Shown here: piece by piece, positions 1 through 7,393 of the stretch | How the letters are laid out: every line of letters starts with the position of its first letter | How positions within the stretch are numbered: position 1 is the first letter of the stretch | Source: an uncultured virus (IMG/VR IMGVR_UViG_3300017747_002313) | Lineage: Duplodnaviria > Heunggongvirae > Uroviricota > Caudoviricetes > Crassvirales | DNA: 64,000 nucleotides | Direction: 5' to 3' (one strand) | IMG/VR virus record: IMGVR_UViG_3300017747_002313 | Translations under genes and position numbers: made by a program | Notes under the pieces: model-generated | Told to the model about the DNA's origin: nothing | What the model saw: only the letters and a program-made list of their open reading frames with translations | The model's database searches: none

Positions 1-207
1 AAACAGTTAACCCCAGTTGAATGGCTAGTAAAAGAATTTAGTGATATTCTTGGACCTATGGTGGTAAATAATATGCAAGATGTATTGTTTGAGGATGCTA
101 TAGTAAGAGCCAAAGAAATGGAGAAAAATTATTATATTTGCAGCAAATGTAAATCTAAATTAGATGAGAAAGATATGCAGCAAATGCAAAATAAAGAAAG
201 CAATTGA
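1..207 (+). CDS. 5'-truncated small phage protein (KQxTPVEWL...AKEMEK type)
   Basis: Frame 1 reads KQLTPVEWLVKEF...AKEMEKNYYICSKCKSK...ESN*; starts before the window. Confidence 0.5.
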   Translation, partial: KQLTPVEWLVKEFSDILGPMVVNNMQDVLFEDAIVRAKEMEKNYYICSKCKSKLDEKDMQQMQNKESN

Positions 208-859
208 TGAGTTTTCAGCAGATAAAAATACTAAATCTGGAGTAAGATCTCAATGTAAAAAATGTATAAATGAGAGATATATTTTAAATAAAGAAAAAGT
301 ATTACTAAAGCAAAAAGAAAACTATAATCCATTAAAGAAAAAAGAATATTACTTAAAAAATATTAATGAACACAATAAAAGGAGTAAAGAATACTATGAA
401 GAAAAAAAAGATAAAATTCTTTTAAGAAAAAAAATAACCTATAATAAAGATGCTAAGAAAGAATATTACTTAAAACACAAAGACAGAATAAACAAATTAG
501 CATCAAAAAGAATTTCTATTAAAAGACATACTGACAGTATTTTTAAATTAAAACATAATATATCTTGTTTAATTAGAAATAGTATAAAGAAAAAAGGATA
601 TACCAAATCTAAAAAAACAGAAGAAATAATAGGATGCACTATACATGAATTAATAATGCATCTGTCTAATATGTTTTTAGATGGAATGTCATTTGAAAAT
701 CATGGTGAATGGCATATTGACCATATTATTCCTTTAGTAAAAGCAAAAACAGAAGATGAAGTAATTAAATTAAACCACTACACTAATCTACAACCATTAT
801 GGGCAAAAGATAATTTAAGTAAAAGTGGTAAGTACAACGAAACCTTTAAATCAGAATAG
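164..859 (+). CDS. HNH homing-type endonuclease with N-terminal Zn finger
   Basis: CSKC...CKKC Zn finger, Lys-rich linker, C-terminal WHIDHIIP...NHYTNLQPLWAKDNLSK HNH motif. Confidence 0.85.
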   Translation: MRKICSKCKIKKAIDEFSADKNTKSGVRSQCKKCINERYILNKEKVLLKQKENYNPLKKKEYYLKNINEHNKRSKEYYEEKKDKILLRKKITYNKDAKKEYYLKHKDRINKLASKRISIKRHTDSIFKLKHNISCLIRNSIKKKGYTKSKKTEEIIGCTIHELIMHLSNMFLDGMSFENHGEWHIDHIIPLVKAKTEDEVIKLNHYTNLQPLWAKDNLSKSGKYNETFKSE

Positions 860-860
860 A

Positions 861-1088
861 ATGGAAAAAGAAAAAACAAAAGATTTAGCATATTACAGAG
901 AAAATGCTGAAGAAGATTACATGACAACACCTATAAGTGTTCTTAGGTATATTACAGAACTTGAATTAAAAGCACTTAAAATTCGTGAAATATTAAATCG
1001 GATATGTGAAGTTGAAGAGAATGTCTTTTTAAGGATGGATATTGAACAACTAATCAAAGAAGCAACACCATATGAAAACAATAATTAA
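861..1088 (+). CDS. hypothetical phage protein
   Basis: ATG at 861 directly follows the junction motif; ORF-track start 825 is less likely. Confidence 0.6.
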   Translation: MEKEKTKDLAYYRENAEEDYMTTPISVLRYITELELKALKIREILNRICEVEENVFLRMDIEQLIKEATPYENNN

Positions 1089-1124
1089 GAACAAGAAATC
1101 AATAAACCTTTAAAAACAAGTAAA

Positions 1125-1295
1125 ATGGAAGAAAAAACATACACCATTTCAGAAAATCAATTGAATCTTTTAATTGAAAAAATTAAATGTAAAATTAAAG
1201 AACCCTTACGGAAAGAAGGTAAAAGTTCAAAAGGTGCAGACATTTCACACTCAATTGAGTCCACTATTAAAAACCATATTAACTACTTTAAATAA
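1125..1295 (+). CDS. small hypothetical protein (56 aa, MEEKTYTISENQ...NYFK)
   Basis: Not in the ORF track; ATG follows the junction motif and the stop lies in the next motif copy. Confidence 0.6.
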   Translation: MEEKTYTISENQLNLLIEKIKCKIKEPLRKEGKSSKGADISHSIESTIKNHINYFK

Positions 1296-1302
1296 GAATA
1301 AG

Positions 1303-1506
1303 ATGGAACAAAATATTGAAAGATGCTACGAGTCTAGCGAAAAACAAGTGTGTTGCTACCCTGATTGTAACGAAAAAGCAGAATTTCACCTTCAAGAACT
1401 TGGAATGGGTACTACATACGAAGACTATACCGAATTATGCTCAAAGCATTTAGATGAAATGATACCCTTTGGTTCATCATTTGAAGTATGGAGACTAGAC
1501 AATTAA
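1303..1506 (+). CDS. small Cys-rich (Zn-binding) hypothetical protein
   Basis: MEQNIERC...CCYPDC...LCSKH; start after the junction motif. Confidence 0.6.
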   Translation: MEQNIERCYESSEKQVCCYPDCNEKAEFHLQELGMGTTYEDYTELCSKHLDEMIPFGSSFEVWRLDN

Positions 1507-1524
1507 CCTTTAAATCAGAATAGG

Positions 1525-1746
1525 ATGGCAAAAGTAACAATTGAATTCGACAGCATTGAAGACAAAGAAGAAATGGAGATGTGTCTTAACGGCATGAAGT
1601 GGTATTTATTAGCTTGGGAATTAGACCAATATTTGCGTAATAAATTAAAACATGAGGACCTATCTGACGATGTGTATAAAGAGCTGGATGATACAAGAGA
1701 AAAGCTACACGAATTCATGCAATATAATGGATTGACGTTTGATTGA
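1525..1746 (+). CDS. hypothetical phage protein
   Basis: ORF track; preceded by the junction motif. Confidence 0.7.
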   Translation: MAKVTIEFDSIEDKEEMEMCLNGMKWYLLAWELDQYLRNKLKHEDLSDDVYKELDDTREKLHEFMQYNGLTFD

Positions 1747-1750
1747 TTGC

Positions 1751-1826
1751 GTATAACGGATTAGTGCTACACGATGGTAGCATATTAAACACAGTACTTG
1801 CTACTATCTTGTAGCACTTGTTATAT
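1751..1826. mobile_element. attC-like hairpin recombination site 1
   Basis: GTATAAC-GGATT-arm 1763-1782 / arm 1799-1818 (18/20 complementary)-T-GTTATAT. Confidence 0.8.
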
Positions 1827-1889
1827 GTAGTAGCGACCTTTTAAGATAAAATTAATTAGAAGTAAAAATGGAAAAAGAAATAAAAAGCG

Positions 1890-2294
1890 ATGGAAAAACA
1901 AAAAATTTATTTAGCTGGCGGTTTTAAATCAGATTGGGCTAACGAAGTAAAAAAATGCTCTAACAACTTTCAATGGATAAATCCAAAAGAAAAAGAGTTT
2001 AAGAACGGAGAAAGAATAACAATGAATGTAAACGAATATGGAAAATGGGATTTACATTTTATAAAACAATGTGATATTCTTTTTGTGTATGTAGAAAAAA
2101 CAAACACAAGTTGCATTGGATTATGTTGTGAAGCTGGTTATGCAAAGGGATTAGGAAAGACTGTTATAACAGTTTTAGAGCCAAATCACGAAACAATTAA
2201 AGATAATTACTTATCATTTATCACGCAAGTTTCTGATATTGTTTTTGAAACAATTGATGAAGGTGTACAATATTTAAAATCTTTTGGAATATGA
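1890..2294 (+). CDS. nucleoside 2-deoxyribosyltransferase-like protein (cassette 1 cargo)
   Basis: KIYLAGG...D..FIKQCD...G...EAGYAKGLGK, NDT-family pattern with conserved Glu. Confidence 0.75.
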   Translation: MEKQKIYLAGGFKSDWANEVKKCSNNFQWINPKEKEFKNGERITMNVNEYGKWDLHFIKQCDILFVYVEKTNTSCIGLCCEAGYAKGLGKTVITVLEPNHETIKDNYLSFITQVSDIVFETIDEGVQYLKSFGI

Positions 2295-3034
2295 TTGATA
2301 AAAAAACAATAGCTGTTTGGTTCAGTTGCGGAGTTGCTTCTGCGATTGCTGTTCAAAAAACAATTGAAAAATATGGTAAAACTCATAATATTTTAGTTGT
2401 GAATAACCCAGTAAAAGAAGAGCATGAAGATAACATTAGATTTAAAAATGATATTGCAAAATGGCTTGGTATTGAAATTATTGAAGCTAAATCAAAAGAG
2501 TATCCAAGTGCCAGTATTATTGATGTTTTTGAGAAGCGAAAATATATTAGCGGTGTTGCTGGTGCTCCTTGTACAAAATATCTAAAAAAACAAGCAAGAT
2601 ATGAGTTTGAAATAGAGCACAAAATTGACTTTCACGTTCTTGGTTTTACATTAGAAGAAAAAAATAGATTTGAACGATTCACTAAATTTGAGAGAGAAAA
2701 CACAATTGGAATTTTAATTGATGAAAAACTAACTAAATTTGATTGTTTTGATATTTTACATAGAGCAGGAATTGAAAGACCTAAAATTTATGATTTAGGA
2801 TTTCCAAATGCTAATTGTATTGGTTGTGTTAAAAGTCAATCGCCTACTTATTGGAATTTAGTTCGTGAGAAATTCCCAGAAGTATTTGAACAAAGAGCGG
2901 AACAAAGCAGAAGAATTGGTGCAAGATTAGTAAAATATAAAGGAAAACGAATTTTTTTAGATGAGCTTGAACCAACAGCAAAGGGCGGTAAAATTAAAAC
3001 TTGGGAATGTGGTATTTTTTGTGATACAGAATAA
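2291..3034 (+). CDS. PAPS-reductase-like / adenine nucleotide alpha hydrolase (PP-loop) protein (cassette 1 cargo)
   Basis: VWFSCGVASA PP-loop variant, APCTKYLKK, LGFPNANCIGCVK, terminal CGIFC. Confidence 0.75.
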   Translation: MIDKKTIAVWFSCGVASAIAVQKTIEKYGKTHNILVVNNPVKEEHEDNIRFKNDIAKWLGIEIIEAKSKEYPSASIIDVFEKRKYISGVAGAPCTKYLKKQARYEFEIEHKIDFHVLGFTLEEKNRFERFTKFERENTIGILIDEKLTKFDCFDILHRAGIERPKIYDLGFPNANCIGCVKSQSPTYWNLVREKFPEVFEQRAEQSRRIGARLVKYKGKRIFLDELEPTAKGGKIKTWECGIFCDTE

Positions 3035-3101
3035 GTGCGATGGCTTTTTATTTCTTTTTCCTTAGATAAATGTTAAAAGGATTGAGAATATAAGCTATTA
3101 C

Positions 3102-3179
3102 ATATAACGTTTTGCAACTATACGCAGATGGCATAAGCATAATGTACGTGTCGCCATTTGTGTATAATTGCTGTTAGTA
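3102..3179. mobile_element. attC-like hairpin recombination site 2
   Basis: ATATAAC-GTTTT-arm 3114-3132 / arm 3153-3171 (16/19)-T-GTTAGTA. Confidence 0.8.
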
Positions 3180-3207
3180 GGCGTTTATTTACTTTAAGTT
3201 TAAAATT

Positions 3208-3429
3208 ATGGAATTAATAAATATAAATATTGCAAATGTAGTTTTCAATTGTCCTTATTGTAATAAACAATATGATGATTGTGAAGATAACTATGTAGAT
3301 AGGTGTAATAAAAATAAATCAAAATATACAAGTGTTAAGTGTACTTGTGGTAATAAGTTTTATATGACTTATAATTTTAAAGGCGATGCAGTTTCGTTCA
3401 AAAGGGAATCTACTTCAAATGCCTACTAA
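3208..3429 (+). CDS. small Zn-ribbon protein (cassette 2 cargo)
   Basis: CPYC...CTCG; stop codon TAA lies inside the terminal TAAC core. Confidence 0.7.
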   Translation: MELININIANVVFNCPYCNKQYDDCEDNYVDRCNKNKSKYTSVKCTCGNKFYMTYNFKGDAVSFKRESTSNAY

Positions 3430-3469
3430 CTAGCATATAAGCGCAATTGCGCCTTACATAACTAAAAAA
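3427..3469. mobile_element. array-terminal (attI-like) site A
   Basis: TAACTAG-N6-AGCGCAATTGCG-N5-CATAACTAAAAA, near-repeat of 4974-5018. Confidence 0.6.
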
Positions 3470-3477
3470 TAAATAAA

Positions 3478-3735
3478 ATGAAAAAGTTTAAATTAATTAT
3501 AAAGACAAGTATTGTTGCTTACGCAATAGTAGCTTTTATGTTTTATGGTTGTGAAAATCAACAAAAAACTTATAACAAGCAACCAACTATTTATTCAAAT
3601 GAACAAACGGCAGATATAAAAATTTACATTATTGATAGTTGTGAATACATTGGAAAACTAAGAGGATATAAAACTGATGTTTTAACACATAAAGGTAACT
3701 GTAAATTTTGTGTAGAACGTAATACAACCAAGTAG
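3478..3735 (+). CDS. putative lipoprotein
   Basis: Basic N-terminus, hydrophobic stretch, lipobox-like FYGC. Confidence 0.55.
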   Translation: MKKFKLIIKTSIVAYAIVAFMFYGCENQQKTYNKQPTIYSNEQTADIKIYIIDSCEYIGKLRGYKTDVLTHKGNCKFCVERNTTK

Positions 3736-3791
3736 GCAGCGAGTGCTGGGGTGTCACCCAGCAGAGGTAATACCTTTTGAGTTGCCTACTT
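3730..3791. other. three-way-junction secondary structure (candidate ncRNA or terminator)
   Basis: AAGTAGGCAGC/GTTGCCTACTT outer stem enclosing TGCTGGG/CCCAGCA and GAGGT/ACCTT hairpins. Confidence 0.5.
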
Positions 3792-3806
3792 TATAACTAA
3801 AAATAT

Positions 3807-4019
3807 ATGATACACAAAGAAAAAGCGAAAGAACTGTACGACAAGTACTTTGACTTAGTCGAAGCACAGACATCAGAACAGCAGGAAGATAATGCACGTA
3901 AGGCGGCATCGATTACCTGCGATGAAGTACTTAATGCACTAGAAGAAAACCGTTGGCAGAATAGGTTGATGATGGATTACTGGGAGGAAGTTAAAAAAGA
4001 AATAAACACTTACACATAA
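3807..4019 (+). CDS. hypothetical phage protein (KEKAKEL...YWEEVKKEI type)
   Basis: ORF track; stop TAA inside the TAAC core of hairpin site 3. Confidence 0.7.
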   Translation: MIHKEKAKELYDKYFDLVEAQTSEQQEDNARKAASITCDEVLNALEENRWQNRLMMDYWEEVKKEINTYT

Positions 4020-4114
4020 CGTTTGGCGGCTTTGTGTCTGTTTGCCCCCTTGCACAAAGTTTCAATTTTATCACAAATGTTGATGGGGCAAATAGCACAA
4101 AACCGCTGTTATAA
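4014..4114. mobile_element. attC-like hairpin recombination site 3
   Basis: ACATAAC-GTTTG-arm 4026-4048 / arm 4085-4106 (one bulged base)-T-GTTATAA. Confidence 0.8.
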
Positions 4115-4182
4115 GCTGGCTGCGGTTGATTACCGAAAAACTTAAATCGAAGCACTAAACAAAAGAATTAAAAAAAATAGGG

Positions 4183-4962
4183 ATGGAAATAAATAAAATA
4201 TACAACGAAAATTGCCTTGATACAATGGCTAAAATGCCTGATAAGTTTGTGGACTTGGTAGTTACTTCACCGCCTTATAATATGCGAACAAGAATAAGGA
4301 ACGGACAATATACCACAAGAGAGAAAAGCGAACATTTTAGCAAGAAGTATAAGCATTTTGACGATGCCTTACCTATAAATGATTTTTACGAATTTCATAG
4401 CAGCGTATTGACCGAACTATTAAGAGTGTCAAAAATTGTTTGCTATAACTTTCAAATAGTAACAGGAAGCAAGGAAGCGTTTTTTAAAATCATTGGCGAT
4501 TTTAATAAGGACATTAAGGATATTATCATTTGGGATAAAGGAAGCGGACAGCCTGCAATGCACGGAATGGTTTTAAATAGCTGCTATGAAATGGTGTTGA
4601 TATTAGAAGATGATAAAAGAGCAGGAAGGGCAATACAAAACGCTAAATTCAAAAGAGGTGAAATGAATAACATTTTGAGAATTGGCAGAGGCAAAAAAGT
4701 ATCTGATGTTCACGGTGCAATTTTTCCTGAACAACTACCATTTGATTTGATAAACGCTTTTTCAGAAAAAGAAGCATTGATTTACGACCCTTTTATGGGA
4801 AGCGGAACGACTGGATTAGTAGCAAGTAAATTAGGTAGAAAATATATTGGAAGTGAAATAACAGAAGAATATTGTAAAATAGCTGAAACTCGTATTAAAG
4901 AGTGCGGTGGGCTTTTTTTTAATTCTTTTGAAACGGAATTGTCAAACGAAGCAGGAACGTAG
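4183..4962 (+). CDS. DNA N4-cytosine/N6-adenine methyltransferase, beta class (cassette 3 cargo)
   Basis: DLVVTSPPY catalytic motif; H.AIFP; DPFMGSGTT SAM-binding motif. Confidence 0.92.
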   Translation: MEINKIYNENCLDTMAKMPDKFVDLVVTSPPYNMRTRIRNGQYTTREKSEHFSKKYKHFDDALPINDFYEFHSSVLTELLRVSKIVCYNFQIVTGSKEAFFKIIGDFNKDIKDIIIWDKGSGQPAMHGMVLNSCYEMVLILEDDKRAGRAIQNAKFKRGEMNNILRIGRGKKVSDVHGAIFPEQLPFDLINAFSEKEALIYDPFMGSGTTGLVASKLGRKYIGSEITEEYCKIAETRIKECGGLFFNSFETELSNEAGT

Positions 4963-4973
4963 CAGCTTGCTTA

Positions 4974-5018
4974 TAACTAGACGCTAGGCGCAATAGTTGC
5001 GTAAAGCATAACTAAAAA
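4974..5018. mobile_element. array-terminal (attI-like) site B
   Basis: TAACTAG-N6-GGCGCAATAGTTGCG-N5-CATAACTAAAAA. Confidence 0.6.
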
Positions 5019-5100
5019 GTGTAATATTATGCACTATTAAACGGAATTCATCCGATTAAATGTTTAACTAAAGTGCAGTATGTTGCACAATTGAAGAGAA

Positions 5101-5484
5101 ATGAGACAATTAGTTTACAACGCAGTAAGATGCCATGAGTGTGAAGAGACGATAGTCAGCTACAGTAGGCACGACTATAAGACGTGCGGTTGCCCGAACG
5201 AGGCAATTGTTGATGGTGGACTGGACTACGCTAGGTATGGCGCGAAGACCTTGAAAAAGATCACATCGATCAACATCTACGCAGACGATGACTTTGAGTT
5301 AGTCAGAAAGCATGCCTTTAGAGGTAGCAGAGGTGTGAGTGGTGTAGAGCCAATGAAGTACGTACCAATATGCGATATGGACGACGACTACCTACAGAAG
5401 GTTTTGGAGTATGGTGGTGCAGATTGGCACATAAAATTAATTAAAAAGGAGATAGAATGTCGGAAAGAAAAAAAGAATTCTTAG
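5101..5484 (+). CDS. conserved phage Zn-binding protein
   Basis: NAVRCHEC...SRHDYKTCGC...VDGGLDY motif. Confidence 0.7.
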   Translation: MRQLVYNAVRCHECEETIVSYSRHDYKTCGCPNEAIVDGGLDYARYGAKTLKKITSINIYADDDFELVRKHAFRGSRGVSGVEPMKYVPICDMDDDYLQKVLEYGGADWHIKLIKKEIECRKEKKNS

Positions 5485-5723
5485 TTGACCTGATCAACAA
5501 GATGTTTGAGATCGCAGGTCACGATGTTAAGTACGAGGATATTGTGGATAGGAAGGACGCATGGTACAGCAAGTGGACTATGACTAGTGAACAGAATGAA
5601 GAATGGGTTAAGTATGGAGAGGCACTTATAAAGAAGGTGTTCAGGTACCCAAAGAAGATATGCCACAGAGAAATGATGTGGTTAAATATGATGTACGGAC
5701 TTAAAATAAAAAATGATGAGTGA
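5457..5723 (+). CDS. hypothetical phage protein
   Basis: ORF track, overlapping gene chain. Confidence 0.6.
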   Translation: MSERKKEFLVDLINKMFEIAGHDVKYEDIVDRKDAWYSKWTMTSEQNEEWVKYGEALIKKVFRYPKKICHREMMWLNMMYGLKIKNDE

Positions 5724-5928
5724 GGAGTATATGGCAGTTAAGATCTTCAACGAGATATGGATGGAGGTCGGCCACAGAGAAAAGTCTAAGAGACTAGCTA
5801 TTATGCACGCAGACAGAATGATCGAGATGGCGTTCTTCAGTCGTGGTTATGGTATAATACCTATCTACTACACAAAGAGGTACTGGATAGATGTAAGAAA
5901 GTACATATGCAATTTATCAAATACTTAG
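5713..5928 (+). CDS. hypothetical phage protein
   Basis: ORF track, overlapping gene chain. Confidence 0.55.
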   Translation: MMSEEYMAVKIFNEIWMEVGHREKSKRLAIMHADRMIEMAFFSRGYGIIPIYYTKRYWIDVRKYICNLSNT

Positions 5929-6104
5929 TCGTATGGATATCACAAAACCTATCTGTTCCATTCTGGATGGTAGGTCATGTGCATCTATCTGTAAATGTGT
6001 ATGAGGATATACACGAGATAATTGCATCATTAGGGATGAATTTAATTGTATTTATTGGATTTTTAATTAGTTATAATGAAAGAGATAATCAACGAAAATC
6101 ATGA
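5907..6104 (+). CDS. small membrane protein
   Basis: Two hydrophobic segments. Confidence 0.55.
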   Translation: MQFIKYLVVWISQNLSVPFWMVGHVHLSVNVYEDIHEIIASLGMNLIVFIGFLISYNERDNQRKS

Positions 6105-6459
6105 GATTTTCAAGACGAGAAGTCGCAAAGCAGAGGTAGTGAGACAGAGACAAGAGGTTTACTACCATGCGTTTCAGAAGTACCAGAGTGCTCCTAAGAT
6201 ACAGCAGTACTTGCTTGACAACTACAACTTCTCAGTGAACCAGTCAACGATCTACTACTCGTGGCGTAAGGTGATGACATCACTTGCGGAGCTTACACCT
6301 CAGCAGTTTGAGGCTGAGAACGATATCTTCAACAAGTACGAGCTCGCTGAGAGGTACGCGGCATATCAGCTGAGTCTTCACTCAGATGGCTACATGCGTG
6401 GTGATATCAGGCACAAGATTCAGAAACTAACAGCAGGGTACGATGAAGGCATGGAGTGA
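6076..6459 (+). CDS. hypothetical, possible DnaA-C-like HTH DNA-binding protein
   Basis: SRKAEVVRQRQ...NQSTIYYS resembles the DnaA C-terminal-like HTH pattern. Confidence 0.4.
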   Translation: MKEIINENHEIFKTRSRKAEVVRQRQEVYYHAFQKYQSAPKIQQYLLDNYNFSVNQSTIYYSWRKVMTSLAELTPQQFEAENDIFNKYELAERYAAYQLSLHSDGYMRGDIRHKIQKLTAGYDEGME

Positions 6460-6835
6460 ATTGAAGGAGAGGCCACACGTCTCGTTTGTTAAGACAGACA
6501 ACAGTGAGTTCTATGTAAACCACGGTGTGAAGATAGAACGGTTCAACGATGGAAGGATTGAGGTCAAGAACACAATGACTAACAGCGATCACTACGAGGA
6601 TGTGCCCTGGGAGATCCTACAGATATTCAAGGAAGTAGGGTTCGATCACGGTGCATTCGCAGTGTGTTCGTATGTACACAAGAACAGAGCTGACAAGGTT
6701 ATGTACAACATAGAGCTTGCTCTACGTGACGATAGGACTGAGCTTGCAGCTAGGTTAAATGATACGTACTTAAAAGTTTTCAACAAACATTTAGATTATG
6801 AGGAGAGGATAAGCAAATTATCCTCATCTTTGTAG
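6443..6835 (+). CDS. hypothetical phage protein
   Basis: ORF track. Confidence 0.6.
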   Translation: MKAWSELKERPHVSFVKTDNSEFYVNHGVKIERFNDGRIEVKNTMTNSDHYEDVPWEILQIFKEVGFDHGAFAVCSYVHKNRADKVMYNIELALRDDRTELAARLNDTYLKVFNKHLDYEERISKLSSSL

Positions 6836-6886
6836 CCCCTAATTAGTGATGGGTTAATTCACTACTCAACTCAAATCAATTTAATT

Positions 6887-7393
6887 ATGCACTGGAGACA
6901 GAATTTTAAAGACAGTGACAAGTACCTAGGCGCAGTAGACCTATGGGACGACAAGAAGAAAGGCTACGCACAGCTCGTAGTGACCATCGACAAGTTCTTT
7001 GTTGATGAGATGGTAGGATCAATGGGTAAGGAACGTAAGGTGTTCTGTAAGCTCAAGGAGTTCACAAAGCCAATGGTTGTAAACGTAACTAACTTCAAGC
7101 GATTACAGAAGTTGTTCGAGACAGTCGAGCAGGACGTGTACCTAGGTAAGCCAATCGCACTAGGTGTGGAGAAGGTGTCATCACCTGAAGGAAAGGTTGA
7201 CGCACTACGTTTCAGTAGTAGACCTCCACAGGTAGCGCAGAAAGAGGCTAAGCCTGGGATCTCTGACGATGACTTCCCGAAGGCGATTGCATCGGTACAG
7301 AAGGGATCAACGACTATCGAGAAGCTTATGGCGAGTCGTACACTTACACCTAACCAGATTAAATTACTGAAGGATGCGATTGAGAACGTATAA
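6887..7393 (+). CDS. conserved phage protein, likely recombination/ssDNA-annealing partner
   Basis: HWR...KYLGA.DL N-terminus; first gene of the exonuclease-SSB module. Confidence 0.5.
   Translation: MHWRQNFKDSDKYLGAVDLWDDKKKGYAQLVVTIDKFFVDEMVGSMGKERKVFCKLKEFTKPMVVNVTNFKRLQKLFETVEQDVYLGKPIALGVEKVSSPEGKVDALRFSSRPPQVAQKEAKPGISDDDFPKAIASVQKGSTTIEKLMASRTLTPNQIKLLKDAIENV

Larger units (their letters stand above)
839..1527 (+). repeat. four copies of a gene-junction motif AACCTTTAAATCAGAATAG-N-ATG (near 840, 1105, 1285, 1505)
   Basis: 840 AAACCTTTAAATCAGAATAGAATG; 1104 AAACCTTTAAAAACAAGTAAAATG; 1285 ACTTTAAATAAGAATAAGATG; 1505 AACCTTTAAATCAGAATAGGATG. Confidence 0.8.

Noticed and set aside
1174..1302. 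110-aa ORF starting at 1174 (and 87-aa ORF from 825)
   Set aside because: The junction motif points to starts at 861, 1125 and 1303; the extensions overlap other genes
1751..4114. The three hairpins as simple intrinsic terminators or a CRISPR array
   Set aside because: No U-tails, arms differ in sequence, spacing is gene-sized, and the long-range end complementarity is not explained by either
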